A stretch of 64,000 nt of DNA, taken from the NCBI GenBank assembly GCA_004022145.1, contig RCNU01000011.1; one strand, 5' to 3'. Shown here piece after piece: positions 22,907 to 35,677 of this stretch (positions within the stretch are counted from its first letter, which is position 1; every line of letters begins with the position of its first letter). Both the position numbers and the translations under genes were made by a program. The stretch is from Paecilomyces variotii. Lineage: Eukaryota. Under the pieces are notes generated by a model. That model saw nothing but the letters and a program-made list of their open reading frames with translations, did no database searches and was not told where the DNA came from.

Positions 22907-25384
22907 TTACAGGCCATCAACTCCGGAAACTCCCCTGCTCTTCGCGTTGCGCGTGTCATCCCTGCCTAGGCTGAGACTCTCGTATCGCTCCAGCATATCG
23001 CAGAGACCAAAGCCTTCGTAATGCTGTAGTTTTCGCGGATCAACCTCACCGTGGTCAGCCCCGATACTAGGGTATCGGGAGTCCTCGTTCAACTTTTCAA
23101 GCCCACTGGCATAGTCGTCCCATTTGTCACTGTCCAGGTTTTCGGAGAACAGCTGTTTCAGTTCCTCCGGGACAGCATCGGAGGATCTAGCTTTCGCACC
23201 TTGTTCCTTGCTCCGGACGGATTGTCTGAAAATGTGGAACATGTTCCGACCCAGAATCGAACGAGATGCAATAATGTTGAAAGCTGAAGCCAGGGACAGA
23301 AAGTCTTGATCTAGAATATCGAATTTGCCGGCTGGCTGATCCAGCAAAACATAAAGCGCCATATTAATGGCATAGAGGGCAAAGGCGTGGGAACGGGACA
23401 TGCTAAACTCTCTTCTGTGAATACGCATCAGGGACGCGATCTCTCGGGCACAGTGCAATTTGATCTCTTCGGGCCTGCCCTCGGGGCTCCCGGGAGGTGT
23501 AGGGGGCGACGAGCCTGTCGAACATTTGGCGGAACACTCCCGGCTATCGAGACACATGAACAAATTGATCAGAGTCGTATAGTAGCGAGCACTACCCAGT
23601 TGAGACACGTCAGTTATGGGAAACCAAAACGGGTTTAAAACAACAGTGAAGGCGATAAGAGGACGTACTTGAGAAGTAGCATATGCGGCGCAGGGTTCTT
23701 TTCCGGATTGAAAACGTCTGGTAATTCGCTCTTCCACTTCGTCAGCCGCTCGTACAGACGATTTGCAATCTCTTGTCGACCAGGAACTGGTGCCGGATTT
23801 TCTGTGTCCGAGAACAAGCTGCGAGACAAGTCCTGTGCGATCTGGCTGAGACTACAAGCTTCGTCAAAATACAGGTTGTAGTATGCTCCACGAGTACTCC
23901 TGTGGGTCGGATATGGTATCCAGACAGCGTTGTCTTCCGACTGAGTTAGCCGCCGTGGCCGTTCCAGACGCACATGGCTGATCCGGTTCGGCCGTAGGAA
24001 TCCTATGTGAGATACCCTGCGTAGGAGTCAGCAAGGTGGACTACAAAAGAATATTCCGAGGACTCACGTATCGATTTGGTATAAGCCCCAGACTGTCCGT
24101 ACCGTCGAATTGATATAGTCCTGTGAGCGGCCTTCCAGCGAAACAGTACCATCGTCTGTGTCACTAATGTAGCCTAGATCCTTCGCAATACTAACGGCCC
24201 GGTTGAGCATGAGGTAACCCAGATCATCGTCGCCGAACAGGGAATATCTATATTCTCATCAGCAGCGGTAACTTGTATTTTGGGTAGCATCGAAACAACG
24301 TCCGTCGAACTCACTTCGAATACAGAAGCAGCGTCCCTTGAAGTGTCGCCAACGTGGCCTTGTCCTTCTGCTCTTCGTAGAGTCGTTCTGCTTCGCGGAG
24401 ATAATCGGCACCCTTAGTCATGACGTCGCCAGGAACTGCATATGCTTCAGAAAATTCCGAATAATGCTATCCATATCAATGTCAGCCTTGACCACATCCA
24501 ACGACTGATTTAAAAAAAAAAAAGAAAGAAAGAAAGAAACATACGCAAGCGTTCGCTAAAAGTGCATTCACCAAAAACGGTGTACAGAACTCTGAATGGA
24601 TATCCCCAATCGCCATGTGCTTTACAAACACTTCACTGTCGAGGAAGGCGTAGAAGGGATAATCCCACGTAAAGTACAACGACACCAAGTGCGACACGAT
24701 CTCATCGTCATCCGTGACGGTTGTCCAGGGCTTCGCAGGCACCCGCATCGGAGGTGTGTCACACAGAAAGTGAACATCCATCACCTTTCTTCTAAACGAC
24801 GGACTGGGACCCTGCAGGTTGACCATGCGCCGGATATCCTTCAGTTTGTTTGTCGTGTCTTTCGTCGCCGTATCATTCTCGCCGCCTTGCAGCTTTGCCA
24901 GTGTCTCATCGATATAGATGCGGATTTCCTCTGGGGTAGCATCGTTGCGGATAATGTCCAACAGTTGCTGTGCGGACGAGTGATTCGCAGAGCGGATGAC
25001 CTTGAACAGATCGTTCAGCATATCCCGATGATAGTTCAACTCCTCCGCCGTACGCTTCACGGCTACCCGACGGCGCTGGTCGAGTGACTCGTCAAAGATG
25101 CATTCTCGATTTAACGCTCGACAGTTATCGCATGGAGGGACCCCGGAGCACTATACAATAGACCAGAAAGCCTTCTAGTCAGCCCACTCCACCATATACT
25201 CTGCGATAGCCATTCAACGCTGGATGAAGATCCTCACCTTGCGCTTCGATCTCTTGCATGCCAAACAGGCGGTTGAGACTCTCTTCTTCCACGGGGCGGG
25301 CGATATTCCGCGCGAGTCTCCTGGCGGACTGCCGTCTGGCGTCGGGCCCGGTGCAATGGGACGATATTGCGAAGGATCGGTCAT
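22907..25384 (-). CDS. Zn(II)2Cys6 transcription factor with fungal-specific TF domain, about 6 exons
   Basis: ACLACKRSKRK|CSGVPPCDNCRALNREC spliced across intron 25151-25237. Also PWTTVTDDDEIVSHLVSLYFTW and FCTPFLVNALLANAC. Further introns at 24467-24544, about 24250-24314, about 24020-24068 and about 23596-23667. Confidence 0.9.
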
Positions 25385-26365
25385 CTCCCCCGATCTCGAC
25401 AACAGACGATGGAGTTACCTGATGCTAGTCTCTGGCGTCTTTTTTTTCCTCCTTTAGTCACAAAGGTTACAGGCTGCCCACTGAGGTTCAGCATCGCCAG
25501 TAATGACTGTAGCCAAAATCCTGCCAGCGCCCCTGGAATGACGTAACGTCCATCGCCCACAAACAGGTTGATCTGGCCAGCAAAGAAAGCAGTCTACAGA
25601 CAGACAATAATGAGAGGAAATAATGGGTGTCTGGTAGGTATCTGGATCAAGTCAACGAGTCTCTATCCACGGAAAAGAGTCCATGTTTAAGTATTAATAT
25701 AACATGAGAGGAGTCTAAATCTCAGCTTCTCTTCTTCCCCGGATCGTCTTCCCTTCCGCGGGCACCTGATGCATCTGCGGAATAGCGTCTCCGGTCCAAT
25801 TGTGAGCTCATCGCCTAACAACGTGGACTCTCGCTTCATACCAGTGGATTTTATGTGGCTCTCGTTCTACCCTACGAATCACTGTCGACGGATCCTTTAT
25901 CCTACTAGTAGTACATATACAGTAAGTTAGTTATGTTAGTTCACAGATAAATAGTCTTATTAATCAATGCGCTCTGCAGTGGGGGGTGTGTGCGTGTGTT
26001 AAGTGATGATAATGTTATATGTCCTCCAGTCCGGAAACCAAACGGACCATAACCGGCTCGAAGCATTAAAAAATGAAAAAAAGCGCTTTAATTATTATGA
26101 CCCCGAACAGTTTTGCAACGGACACCTGCAAATCCTTCCCCGCGGACACGTCCCTGGGATCCTTCTTCAAGACACACGACGCGATCCGATCCTAGAACAA
26201 TCACGGCCCCCCTGGCAAATCCGTAGGCAGTCTGTTCCCGACCGCTCCACACTGAATAATCTATAGAATGGGGCTCAACAGGGAAATCGAAAAAAAGGGG
26301 ACGATTAGATAGCTCTAAAGACGAACAGCTGCAGGGCCGTCAGGTAAATATAACCGGCCGGACGT

Positions 26366-28305
26366 TTAGTGCTCGAGGATTCTCAAGCTGCCCTGCACGA
26401 CGCAGTTCTCCAGGACGGAACCCGGAGGGATATCGATCGTGCTGCCTTCTGTGGCCACGATGATGACGGTTCCCTTTAGCGTCACGTTGCGGCCCAGGTT
26501 GACGGCACCGGTGATGGTGAGGTGATCCAGCTCCACAATGCGGGGAATGCTGGGGATGCGCTTCTGGAAGTCAGAGACCTTCTTGAAGTCGGAACCCAGC
26601 TTGATGACGGGCACACCGCCGAAACGGTTGGGGTCCATGACCAGCTGGCCGTGCTCGAGACGGTAGAGGTCGGACTTGACCAGCAGCAGGTCAGAGCAGG
26701 TCTTGACGGGCAAGAAGCGACGACGGGGCACGTTGACACCGTGGGCGTTCTTGAAGTGACGGATGGCCGCACCGACGGCGGTCTCCAGCTGGTAGATCGA
26801 GATGTCGGCCTCGCCCTTCTTGTCAGCAGGGATCGACTTCTCGTTGGCGATGATCTCCATCTCCAGCTCGTTTTCCTCAACGACGCGCTTGATGGCACGG
26901 AGGTTGAGCCAGATGTTGTTGGTGTTGAAGTACTTGAATTTCTTGATGGACTTGAACTCGTTGACGTGCTCCTTGGGCACCTGCGCAATCTCGAGGAGGC
27001 GGACCTTGCCGTCGTAGTCGATGATGGTACCACCCTTGACATCAGCCTTGGTCTTGTCAGTCAGCTCCATGATGTAGTCAGACTTGGAGTCAACCATGTG
27101 CTGCAGAATGCGGAGATCGACAACAGCACCCAGGTTGTCAGCGTTGGACAGGAAGATAATCTCGACACCGCGCTCGAGCAGCTTGTCGAGAGTTCCGGAG
27201 TTGTACAACGACTCGAAAACGTCACCGTGGCCGGGAGGGTACCAGTCCTGGAGAGGGGAGTTGAAGCTCTTGGGGGCGGGCAGGAGGGAGTCCTTCAGGA
27301 CACGGGGGTAGCGAGACTGGTTGAAGGTGATGATGTCGACGTTGTGGCCCTCGTACTTCTTGATGATGGACTGGGTGTCCTGGTCGGTGTTGAAGGAGTT
27401 CATGAGAACGAAAGGAACGTTGACGTTGTAGGTGCGGTTGAGATGCTCGATCTGGCGGACAGACAGATCCAGGAAGGACATGCCCTCACGGACCTCAATG
27501 ACGGACTTGGGGCCAACGCAGCCCATGGAGGTACCCAGACCACCGTTGAGCTTGATGACAGCCAGCTTGTTCAGGAACTCAACGGAGGCGCTGTTGCCCA
27601 GCTCGTTGTAGTCAACGACCTGGTTGGGCTGAGGGGGAGCAATGCGGTCCCAGTTGACGACGTTGCCCTTGGCCTTGTCGTTGAGGAAACGGCGGTAGAG
27701 GGCGAAGAAGTTGTCCATCTCAGCCTCAAATCGCTTCTTCTCCTGGGGGTCGGGGACCGTCTCGGCGAGGGCGTTCAGCGCGTTGCGCATCTGAGAGGCC
27801 GCCACGCTGGTGGAGGCATTCTCGAAGGCCTGTTGCGAATTGGAGTGCCCAGTCAGTAACTTATCTCCGACGGTAGCATGCATGGTGAATTTGGTGGCTA
27901 AAGAACGTGTAGTCTAAAATGAAGAAACAAGATATATCCTTCAAAGATAACAATTGGTTGGGTTGTGAATTATGCAGTCAACGACAGACACTGTACTATG
28001 CGTGGTGGATAGTAGAAATACGGATGCTCGAATGCGTTGTTGTCACAACAGAATAACCATGATCAGGCATATCCTGGCTGGCAACCACGAACCGGCGCGT
28101 TCGTTGTCATGTCGCTGCACTGCACTTTCCACCCCCCAACACTGATTGTGTTCTCTCCCCCCCGAGTCCTCCGATATCAGGATGCGCAGTCACTTACCAT
28201 ATGCGACTGGGTCTTGCCGTGGTGCTTACGCTCGAAAGCGTTCTCCCCAGAAGGAGCATCTGCCGCCTGGGCTCTGAGGTGAGAAGGAATCGCCTTCGCC
28301 GCCAT
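26366..28305 (-). CDS. UGP1: UTP-glucose-1-phosphate uridylyltransferase, 2 exons
   Basis: Exon 1 28305-28198 ([10 protein letters not shown]...HHGKTQSHM), intron 27830-28197, exon 2 with [25 protein letters not shown] and RRFLPVK. Confidence 0.97.
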
Positions 28306-31300
28306 TGTCAAAGGTGTGTCCTTCTGGGAAAGTGTCGAGACCGGTGGAACAGTAGTGGAGAAAGATATCTATCTGTTGACAGCTGCGCGGACAGGTCAGT
28401 TTTCTGGCTGACAGACGATGATGGATGGATAAGAGAAAGTGAAGAAGAGGGAGGAGAGGCTAAAGGGGAAGGAGATATAGTCTTGGGTATGACCGCATTG
28501 TGAATGAGGGGCTCGCAAGGTGGCCACGCTGGGAATTGTCGATCTTCCTCCGGGCCAGAGGGGGAAGATGGCGACAGCGTGCCGTCATGGGCACGGAAGA
28601 ACAGAACTTACCAGCAACAGATACAGCGAGTGAGATGGAGGTGGGAAGCAGAAGCAAAGGATGGAGAGACACAGAACAGAATGAAGAAGAGTTAGAGTAG
28701 AGAAGCAGAGTAGTTAAACTAATAACTAACTACCGTAGTTCAGTTGAGCGATGTTGCGAAAGGAGACGGTGAGCCGCAGCGTCGTGGAGACTGGCGTGAA
28801 CGTGCGCTCCGAAACAGCGGGCAAAGTCGAGTCGAGTCGCTGCCGCCCTTACTTAGGTTGTCGTCAGCCGAAGTTGGCGAAGCAACGTTAATTATTATTA
28901 TTATTATTGTTTTGGTCTCTGGAGTCTGCTCCATTTAATTAATTACCGTGCCATTTTTCTTCTTTAACCATCGATTAGTTCTCGTCCATCTCATATTGCG
29001 ATGTCCACTATCTGTCGTGATGGGGGGTTGATCGCACTGCGGGATCCTGTCGGGCCTCTTCCTGCGCCCTCATGGCCCATTCTGTCGTCCACCAGCACTG
29101 ACTAGAAGCTCAATGGCCTGGATCATGGGAACTCCCGAATGCTCTAGCGTTCCCGAATCTGAGCGACGAGAAGATGACCCCTTTTTCCTGAAGAGAACCC
29201 TAGACTATCCAGGAAGTGTTTCAATCACATACTGAAGCCTTTCCAACTAGTATCACCATCACCAAACATCCTATTATTAACCATCCTACCTATCCTACCA
29301 CGGAGAGAGGAGCGATCCCGTGAGACTATGGATCTGCGCCAGCCACAAGACCCCTTTTTCCATGCTCCCAGAGAGCCCCAGTGGAAGCTCCCCGAGATTC
29401 CTCTCCCCCACCTCGGACCGGCGATGCTGTTCGAAGAACCCTCGAGCAGGCCGTCGACCCACGTTCGTCCATGCCGTTGTCCTGATTCGTCTCTGCGCTC
29501 ATTGGTGCTGTGGTCGACAGCTCAGCAATCTGATATTCTGATTCCCGGAGATGACCTAGTCGAACTGCAGTCTCAGGAACGGACTGCGACGCTGCACCGC
29601 AATAAGCGATAATAATAACAATAATAGATACCTTTTCTGCGTGACAGCTGGCGCCCGCACACCTTCACCTTTCCATTTCCCCTCTTTGACGCCTCGTGGG
29701 GCCCAGTGTCAAGCCCATGATGTCGGCGCTCTGGCCAGTTCCTTACTTCCTCTAAGCTTCCTTGGACGGGCGATGCCGGGTGCCATGGACGGATCGCTTG
29801 GCACACGCACGCTGACGAGTTCTAAGTATATACCTCTCTCTCAGGACGATCGGTGGGGGAGATGTAGTTCCTGCTCCTGAGCCAAAAGGGCCCCGTTTCC
29901 ACCTGTAGAAATACGGGAACCAAGTTCGAAATTTTCTTCTCTCTGCTTGCCGCTCGTTGCTGGTTCTGAGATTCAGCCTTACTGCGACTGTCACGATGGA
30001 ACACCATGATTATAGCCGTTAGTTGTGGCGCTGAGCAGCCGCATCCACGTAGCTGCAGTGGCTGTCATCTTCCGTGACGCTATTGATCATGCCTAACAAC
30101 GGCTTTCTGCTTGCTCGTATCAATGTCTCAAGCGGGGGCCTTGCTTGAGCAAAGTTCAGGGGCTGAGGGGCGACTCAACTTCGGTCTGGAAGACGTTCAG
30201 GAGTGTAGAAGCGAGAAGTGCAATCTATCTCAGCATAGTCTCCAAGCAATCAGGACTCAGGCCATACAGAATTAGCGGTTCAGTACCGGGGAGGCGTCAA
30301 GGCTCAAGCTTCGACTTTTTATCCGATACGGAATAATGAAGAGTTTTTCGATCTCCAACCGCATATGGAAACGGAAAGAGATGTGCAGATCCGGGTCCGC
30401 AGATCTATCTGATCTGCTCCCACATGGGACTCCGGATAGCATAAGCTGGTATTATCATTGCGTCGCAGTTGATAGAGTATGGTATTATTATTATCATCAT
30501 GTTCTGAGCTGAGCTGTGAAACGTCCAGAGTTATGCCGGATACGGAAAGCGGTGGGGGCTCATGGACACCTTGAGCAAAGGAAGCTTTTCGAGTCTCAGA
30601 TCCCAGAACCGTGAAACCAACTCCCAAGATGCAGCACGAACCAGCAGTCCTCCGAGCCTTTCTCGATGTTGCACCTATACTATCTATGCTCTAGCGTTGA
30701 ACTACTTTGCCATTTCCACTCAGACCTCATCTCCTCGTGGCAGTCTCGTCCCACAATAATAATTAAGATAAGTGGCCTCCGTGCTGATATTATTACAGTA
30801 TTATTATTAGCTATCACCTGCAGCGCCCGCCATGTTACACCCCCCACCAAATTACTATCCATAGTCCATACTAGCAAGTCCTGCTAATCTCCTTTCAGTC
30901 CAAGTTGCGGGATTCCAACCCGGCAAAATGCCCTAGGGAACAGGTTCGAAAGCGGCCCGGATAGATACCCTCTTTCTTCTTGGCTGGAAGCTTCCAGGAG
31001 ACTTGGCGTCCGTCGCAGGGAGTCGAGATGGATCTTTGTGGGCTTCGGGATTAATAATTCCGCCGGGCAAGGAATGAGGTTTCAGATTCCAGAAAAGCGG
31101 CAGAGGTTACTAATAATAACCTGGTTTAATACAGACTAGTTGGCTACCTACTGGAGTACTGGTACTCTATGGTACAGAGAATAGAGTATGTAACTACTCC
31201 GAGTCTCCAACAGCATCCAAGTAAAACATGGGGTTAGATAGGCTAAGTAGAATGTCTTGGCCGGTTCACAGTCCAGTCACGCGAGTTATGATATGACCCA

Positions 31301-31747
31301 TACGAAACTCCAGAACAATCCATTGTCTCAGCGCCAAAGTGATGCTAGATAGACTCGAGAAACGAACTGGCCTTTCGATATCTTTCGATATTAATCCAGA
31401 GTTAGGTAGAGACAATACTATCTTTCCAGTAGTAACCTACCAATCTTCTGGCGCATACGCGAATCAATCAAATTAAATCCGCAAGTAATATGTACTGAAG
31501 AATACTAGATTGCGACTCGCCGATATATCACACTAGTGAATTATGGAACCTGACTGGAGTTCGAGACGAGCTTGAGATAACGGTATCTATCTTATACGTT
31601 TAGTAGCAATAAGACAGATGGATATAGAAATATATACTATATATACCAGCCCCTTTGTCGAATTCTATCCTTTAGCACGGAAGCAAGATCTAACCCGAAC
31701 AACTTGAATTATGTCGAATCCTAAACAGCACGGAAGCAGGATTTGAA

Positions 31748-32097
31748 TTGCTTGCTTGACTCTAGGTCTAGGGGGGATTTAATCCCATATTTATCTCTAG
31801 CATACAAAGAATCTAGATCTTAGTAATCTAGTAGTAATCCAGCATAATCAGGATTTAAAGAATCTGCCACAAATAGATGATTGACAGATCACCTGGCGTT
31901 TGCTTTGTACGCCGACAAATTACTTGCTTGCTTGCTTCTAAGTCTAGCGGGGGAATTTAATTCTATATTCATCTTTAGTACACAAAGAATCTAGATTCTA
32001 GATTCTAGAAATCTAATGGGTTCTATCTTATAATTTAGGATTTAAAGAACCTGTCGCAAATAGATAATTGACAGATCAGTTGGCATTTACTTTGTGC
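31748..32097. repeat. Diverged tandem duplication, two copies of about 165-170 bp
   Basis: 31748-31910 vs 31928-32097 share CAAAGAATCTAGAT, AGGATTTAAAGAA and CAAATAGATRATTGACAGATCA. Confidence 0.85.
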
Positions 32098-32484
32098 TCA
32101 ATATATTGTGTAAAGATCTAGGATCACGGAAGCAAAGATTCTGAGAAAGCATATGAAAAGGGAATAATCTCTGGATTGCTTGGAAAACTAATTGACACCG
32201 AAATCTATCAGCTATTTATGCTCAACGACTCTATCCAAATGCCTCGGCTATTCTGAGCTGAGCTGAACATCTAATTAAACTGATCCGTGGTTCTTCTCCC
32301 GTCTTTATTGATCCCATGCAGGTCGATGCAGGTGGCATCCCGTTGAAGCTGCTATCCGGTTTGTATAGGTGACACAGCAGCGGAACTCAGCAGGTTTGCA
32401 GCTCGCAGCCTGCGTATCCATACTATGGTAATCTGTATATTAACTAATCTATGTGTGTATAACCAAACTAGAAAGTAAGCAATT

Positions 32485-32668
32485 ACCTGCAAACTTCATC
32501 CGAAAAAGGCTTAGTACAATGATAGTGGACGGGAGTTTCCCTAGAGTATACCTACGATCACTACTATAGTTACTCTATGCAAGCAGTGAATATTAATCAA
32601 ACTGGACGGGAACAACCTCCAACTTCATCCAAAAAAGGTCTAGTACGCCATAGTAGGCGGCAGTTTCC
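32485..32668. repeat. Imperfect direct repeat of about 55 bp
   Basis: AACTTCATCCRAAAAAGG..TAGTAC..ATAGT...AGTTTCC at about 32485-32540 and 32615-32668. Confidence 0.7.
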
Positions 32669-32936
32669 ATATCCAAGGAGTGAATGACCAAACTGGAAAG
32701 TAGCAATGACAGTGCTGCCTGACGGCCTACAGTACTACTTATAGGAGCTCAGAATGCTTTCCTTCTTCATTCTTTCTTACTCATCCATCCATCATCTCGA
32801 CCCCCCACATCCTCTTCTGAAAAAGGTCTCGTCTACATTCCAGTATCTTGTTCAATATCGGCTTTCTGCCACTCGACCAAAAATGAGAACTCCTTAGTTA
32901 GTTGGCGAGACTCTACCTGCACCTCTAACATTCAAC

Positions 32937-35009
32937 ATGGCCACCACAGCAACTTCCACCCGTCGCAACAGGGGCTCAGAAGTCCTACTGGCATACGCCA
33001 GCCCTTCGGTATCTCCGCCTTCGTCTGAATCTGATACCTCATCAATATCCCCGCTGCGAGACGGGAGGCGTCGAAAGAACCGCGACTCCAGTAACGACGC
33101 GGACGACAGCGCTGAGCTTCCTGATGGGCTCGTCGATGAGGACTTCCGGGCTGGAGGTCCTTATCTCTGCCATGTCCCTGTGCGAAGTATTGAGCTACAC
33201 AGATCATCACCCTTTTCATCCCCGATGGACAGTCGTGGTCTTCATCTTGTCCGAGTGATTTCTGAGATCCTCCGATCTTACGATATCCAACCTCAACTCC
33301 TAGACTTCTGTGGTCGCATATCCACGATAGACCCTGAGATGAGCCCCACCCCGACGGTGGTTGTCTTGACGGAGAATCGTCCATTCGGTAACAGGTGGAT
33401 TGATGCGTGTCGGTCGATTCGAAGGCTTTTGGTGAGAGAGGGCTTATATCAGTATTCCGTCGAAATAGCCAGTAGGCGTGCCTTCCAACCTCCTTTTTAT
33501 TTTCCCACCAAACATACAGATGCTATTTATCGCATGTGGCCTCACGTTCTCGATCGTATCCTGGCAATGGATATTACTACAGACGTCAATGCCATCGACT
33601 GCTTCCGAATGGGCTACGAAGAACGCCGGGATGATAACCCACCGACAGTCATCTTGTCCGTGGAAAGGAGGGCCCAGAGAAACTGGAAAGTACTGCGTGA
33701 AAGCATTGTACATCTTCTTAACAGTCTGGGCCTTTGGAGCGTGGGTGTAAGCATAGGGCCAGGCGCGGTAGTGAAACAGGTGGCTCATCCCTTGGACCTC
33801 TATAAGACTGGCGCACAAGCAGGAGTAAGCCTTGGAGTCCATGGATCTAATAATAATAATAATAATAAGGCTGCGGGGACATTCGCCGGTTGGATTGAAA
33901 TCGAAAATCCCCGTACAAACCAATGGGAAAAGTTTGGCCTGACATGCTTCCACTGTGTCGACCCGGGACTCAATTCTGTCCCAACTGCTGATCAAGCTCG
34001 TGAGTAATCCATCTATCTATCTACTTCCTTCAGAAACGAAACGCAGTCAGGAATTGTTACTCACACACTTTCTTAGAGCTGAAGAACTGGTATATAAACG
34101 GCATACGTGCGGCAGACAACAATGCCCGAAGATTACTCCATGTGGACCAGCCCACAGAAAAAGATATCACCAGAGATTTGGAGAATCAGAGAAATTCGGT
34201 GACGGAAATACTGAATGACGCCACATATCGCAGGATTAAGAATGACTTGGATGCGAACAACTTCGTCATCCCTCCCGACATGAGAAAATACGAAGTATCC
34301 GTACGCCGCAAAGAAGAATATGAGAAACGGATCCAACGCATTCAGCAGTTCATGAGTCAAAATGAGCATAAACTCGGTTATATCTTCAGTGCTTCTGGAT
34401 ACAGACACGAGCCAGTGACCACCATCAAGCATTCTTCTCTAACGACATGTCTCGACTGGGCTCTCATTCAAGTGAGACCGCAGCGAGCTTTCACCGCCAA
34501 CGAAGTGAGTAACATAATCCCATGTTAGCTGCCAGTACTAACGAGGCAAATAAAAAAAGGTACTGGCTTATGGTACACCTGTCATCAACCTCCCGATGGA
34601 CCCCGGGGCTTCGAGCCTGATTCTGTCCTCTTCTTGGGGAGAGTCTATCCCTCATGGCGCGCCCCTCTTCAAAGCTGGCCGCACGACTGGATATTCAGTC
34701 GGCGAATACAATGGCCTCCATTCCGCCGTTATCGCAAGGACATTTGTGAACGGCAAGTGGGAAACGCATACCACACTTGAACACTCGGTGTGTGGACGCC
34801 ACGGAGACTGGTTCTCCCAGGAGGGTGACTCTGGGGCACTGATCTTTAACAACCACGGAGGTGTTGTCGGCATGGTTTTTGGTGGGAACATGCTTCGGTC
34901 CATTTCTTATTTCACCCATATCGTTGACCTCTTCAATGATATCAAGAAGATGACAGGAGCTACTAAAGTGAGGATCTTCGGGGATGCCTACGGCGATTGG
35001 TTTCAATGA
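32937..35009 (+). CDS. Trypsin-fold (clan PA; Ssy5/NAL1-like) serine protease with long N-terminal region, 3 exons
   Basis: Introns 34000-34076 and 34505-34559 join three ORFs in frame. Triad motifs GLTCFHCV (His), LDWALI (Asp), FSQEGDSGALI (Ser), plus KAGRTTG. Confidence 0.75.
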
Positions 35010-35677
35010 GAGTTCGTGGTTTTCGGTCTAGAGTTTTACTTTGGGTTGTTTGCTAGGTTCGCTAGTTAGTTACTCATTTCATTTGACTAGTAATGTGTCT
35101 ACGACTAGAGCCACTAATTAACTAACAGTGTGCTATTTATCTTGTATGCAGAAGGCCTAGATAGGTCTTCGAGAAATACGGGTTTTATGCTAGTCTATGA
35201 TTACTTTACTCTAAATGCTAATGATGTTCATCATGAATTGATTGTAATTACGCTATGCTATACGCTTTGCTAGAAAATGATGACAAAAGGCCGAACCTCA
35301 ATGCAGGACGGGATGATTCCATTAGAAGAAACAAGGAAAAATAGGAAAAAGCGTCTAAAGGATATCATAGGACCTCCCGGCCAGCCAACAGACATAACAA
35401 CACAAAACTAACTAGCGCTTGATCAAAAGGGGAGTCATAGGCGCAGATACACTGTATGTATCGTGGGATCCAATTCGATCCCACTTTTTTTATCACCTTT
35501 CTATCGCTTCAAAATCAAGCTTTTTTTTTAAAACCATCCCGCTCTTTGCTGGTAGCGAACAGAACAAACTGTCCAAACGCAGGAACCACGGACAACTAAC
35601 TGTATATAGATAGTAACCTCAAAAGTCATTAGCACTCATTCAGAATAATCGCGTCGCTTTTTGCAGGCGACCAAGAT

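Noticed and set aside
26522-27859. 445-aa ORF antisense to UGP1
   Set aside because: Shadow ORF caused by strong codon bias of a highly expressed gene; no recognisable motifs.
28306-31600. Short ORFs and a possible 5'UTR intron upstream of UGP1
   Set aside because: The ORFs lack coding features, and the UTR intron cannot be placed without transcript data.
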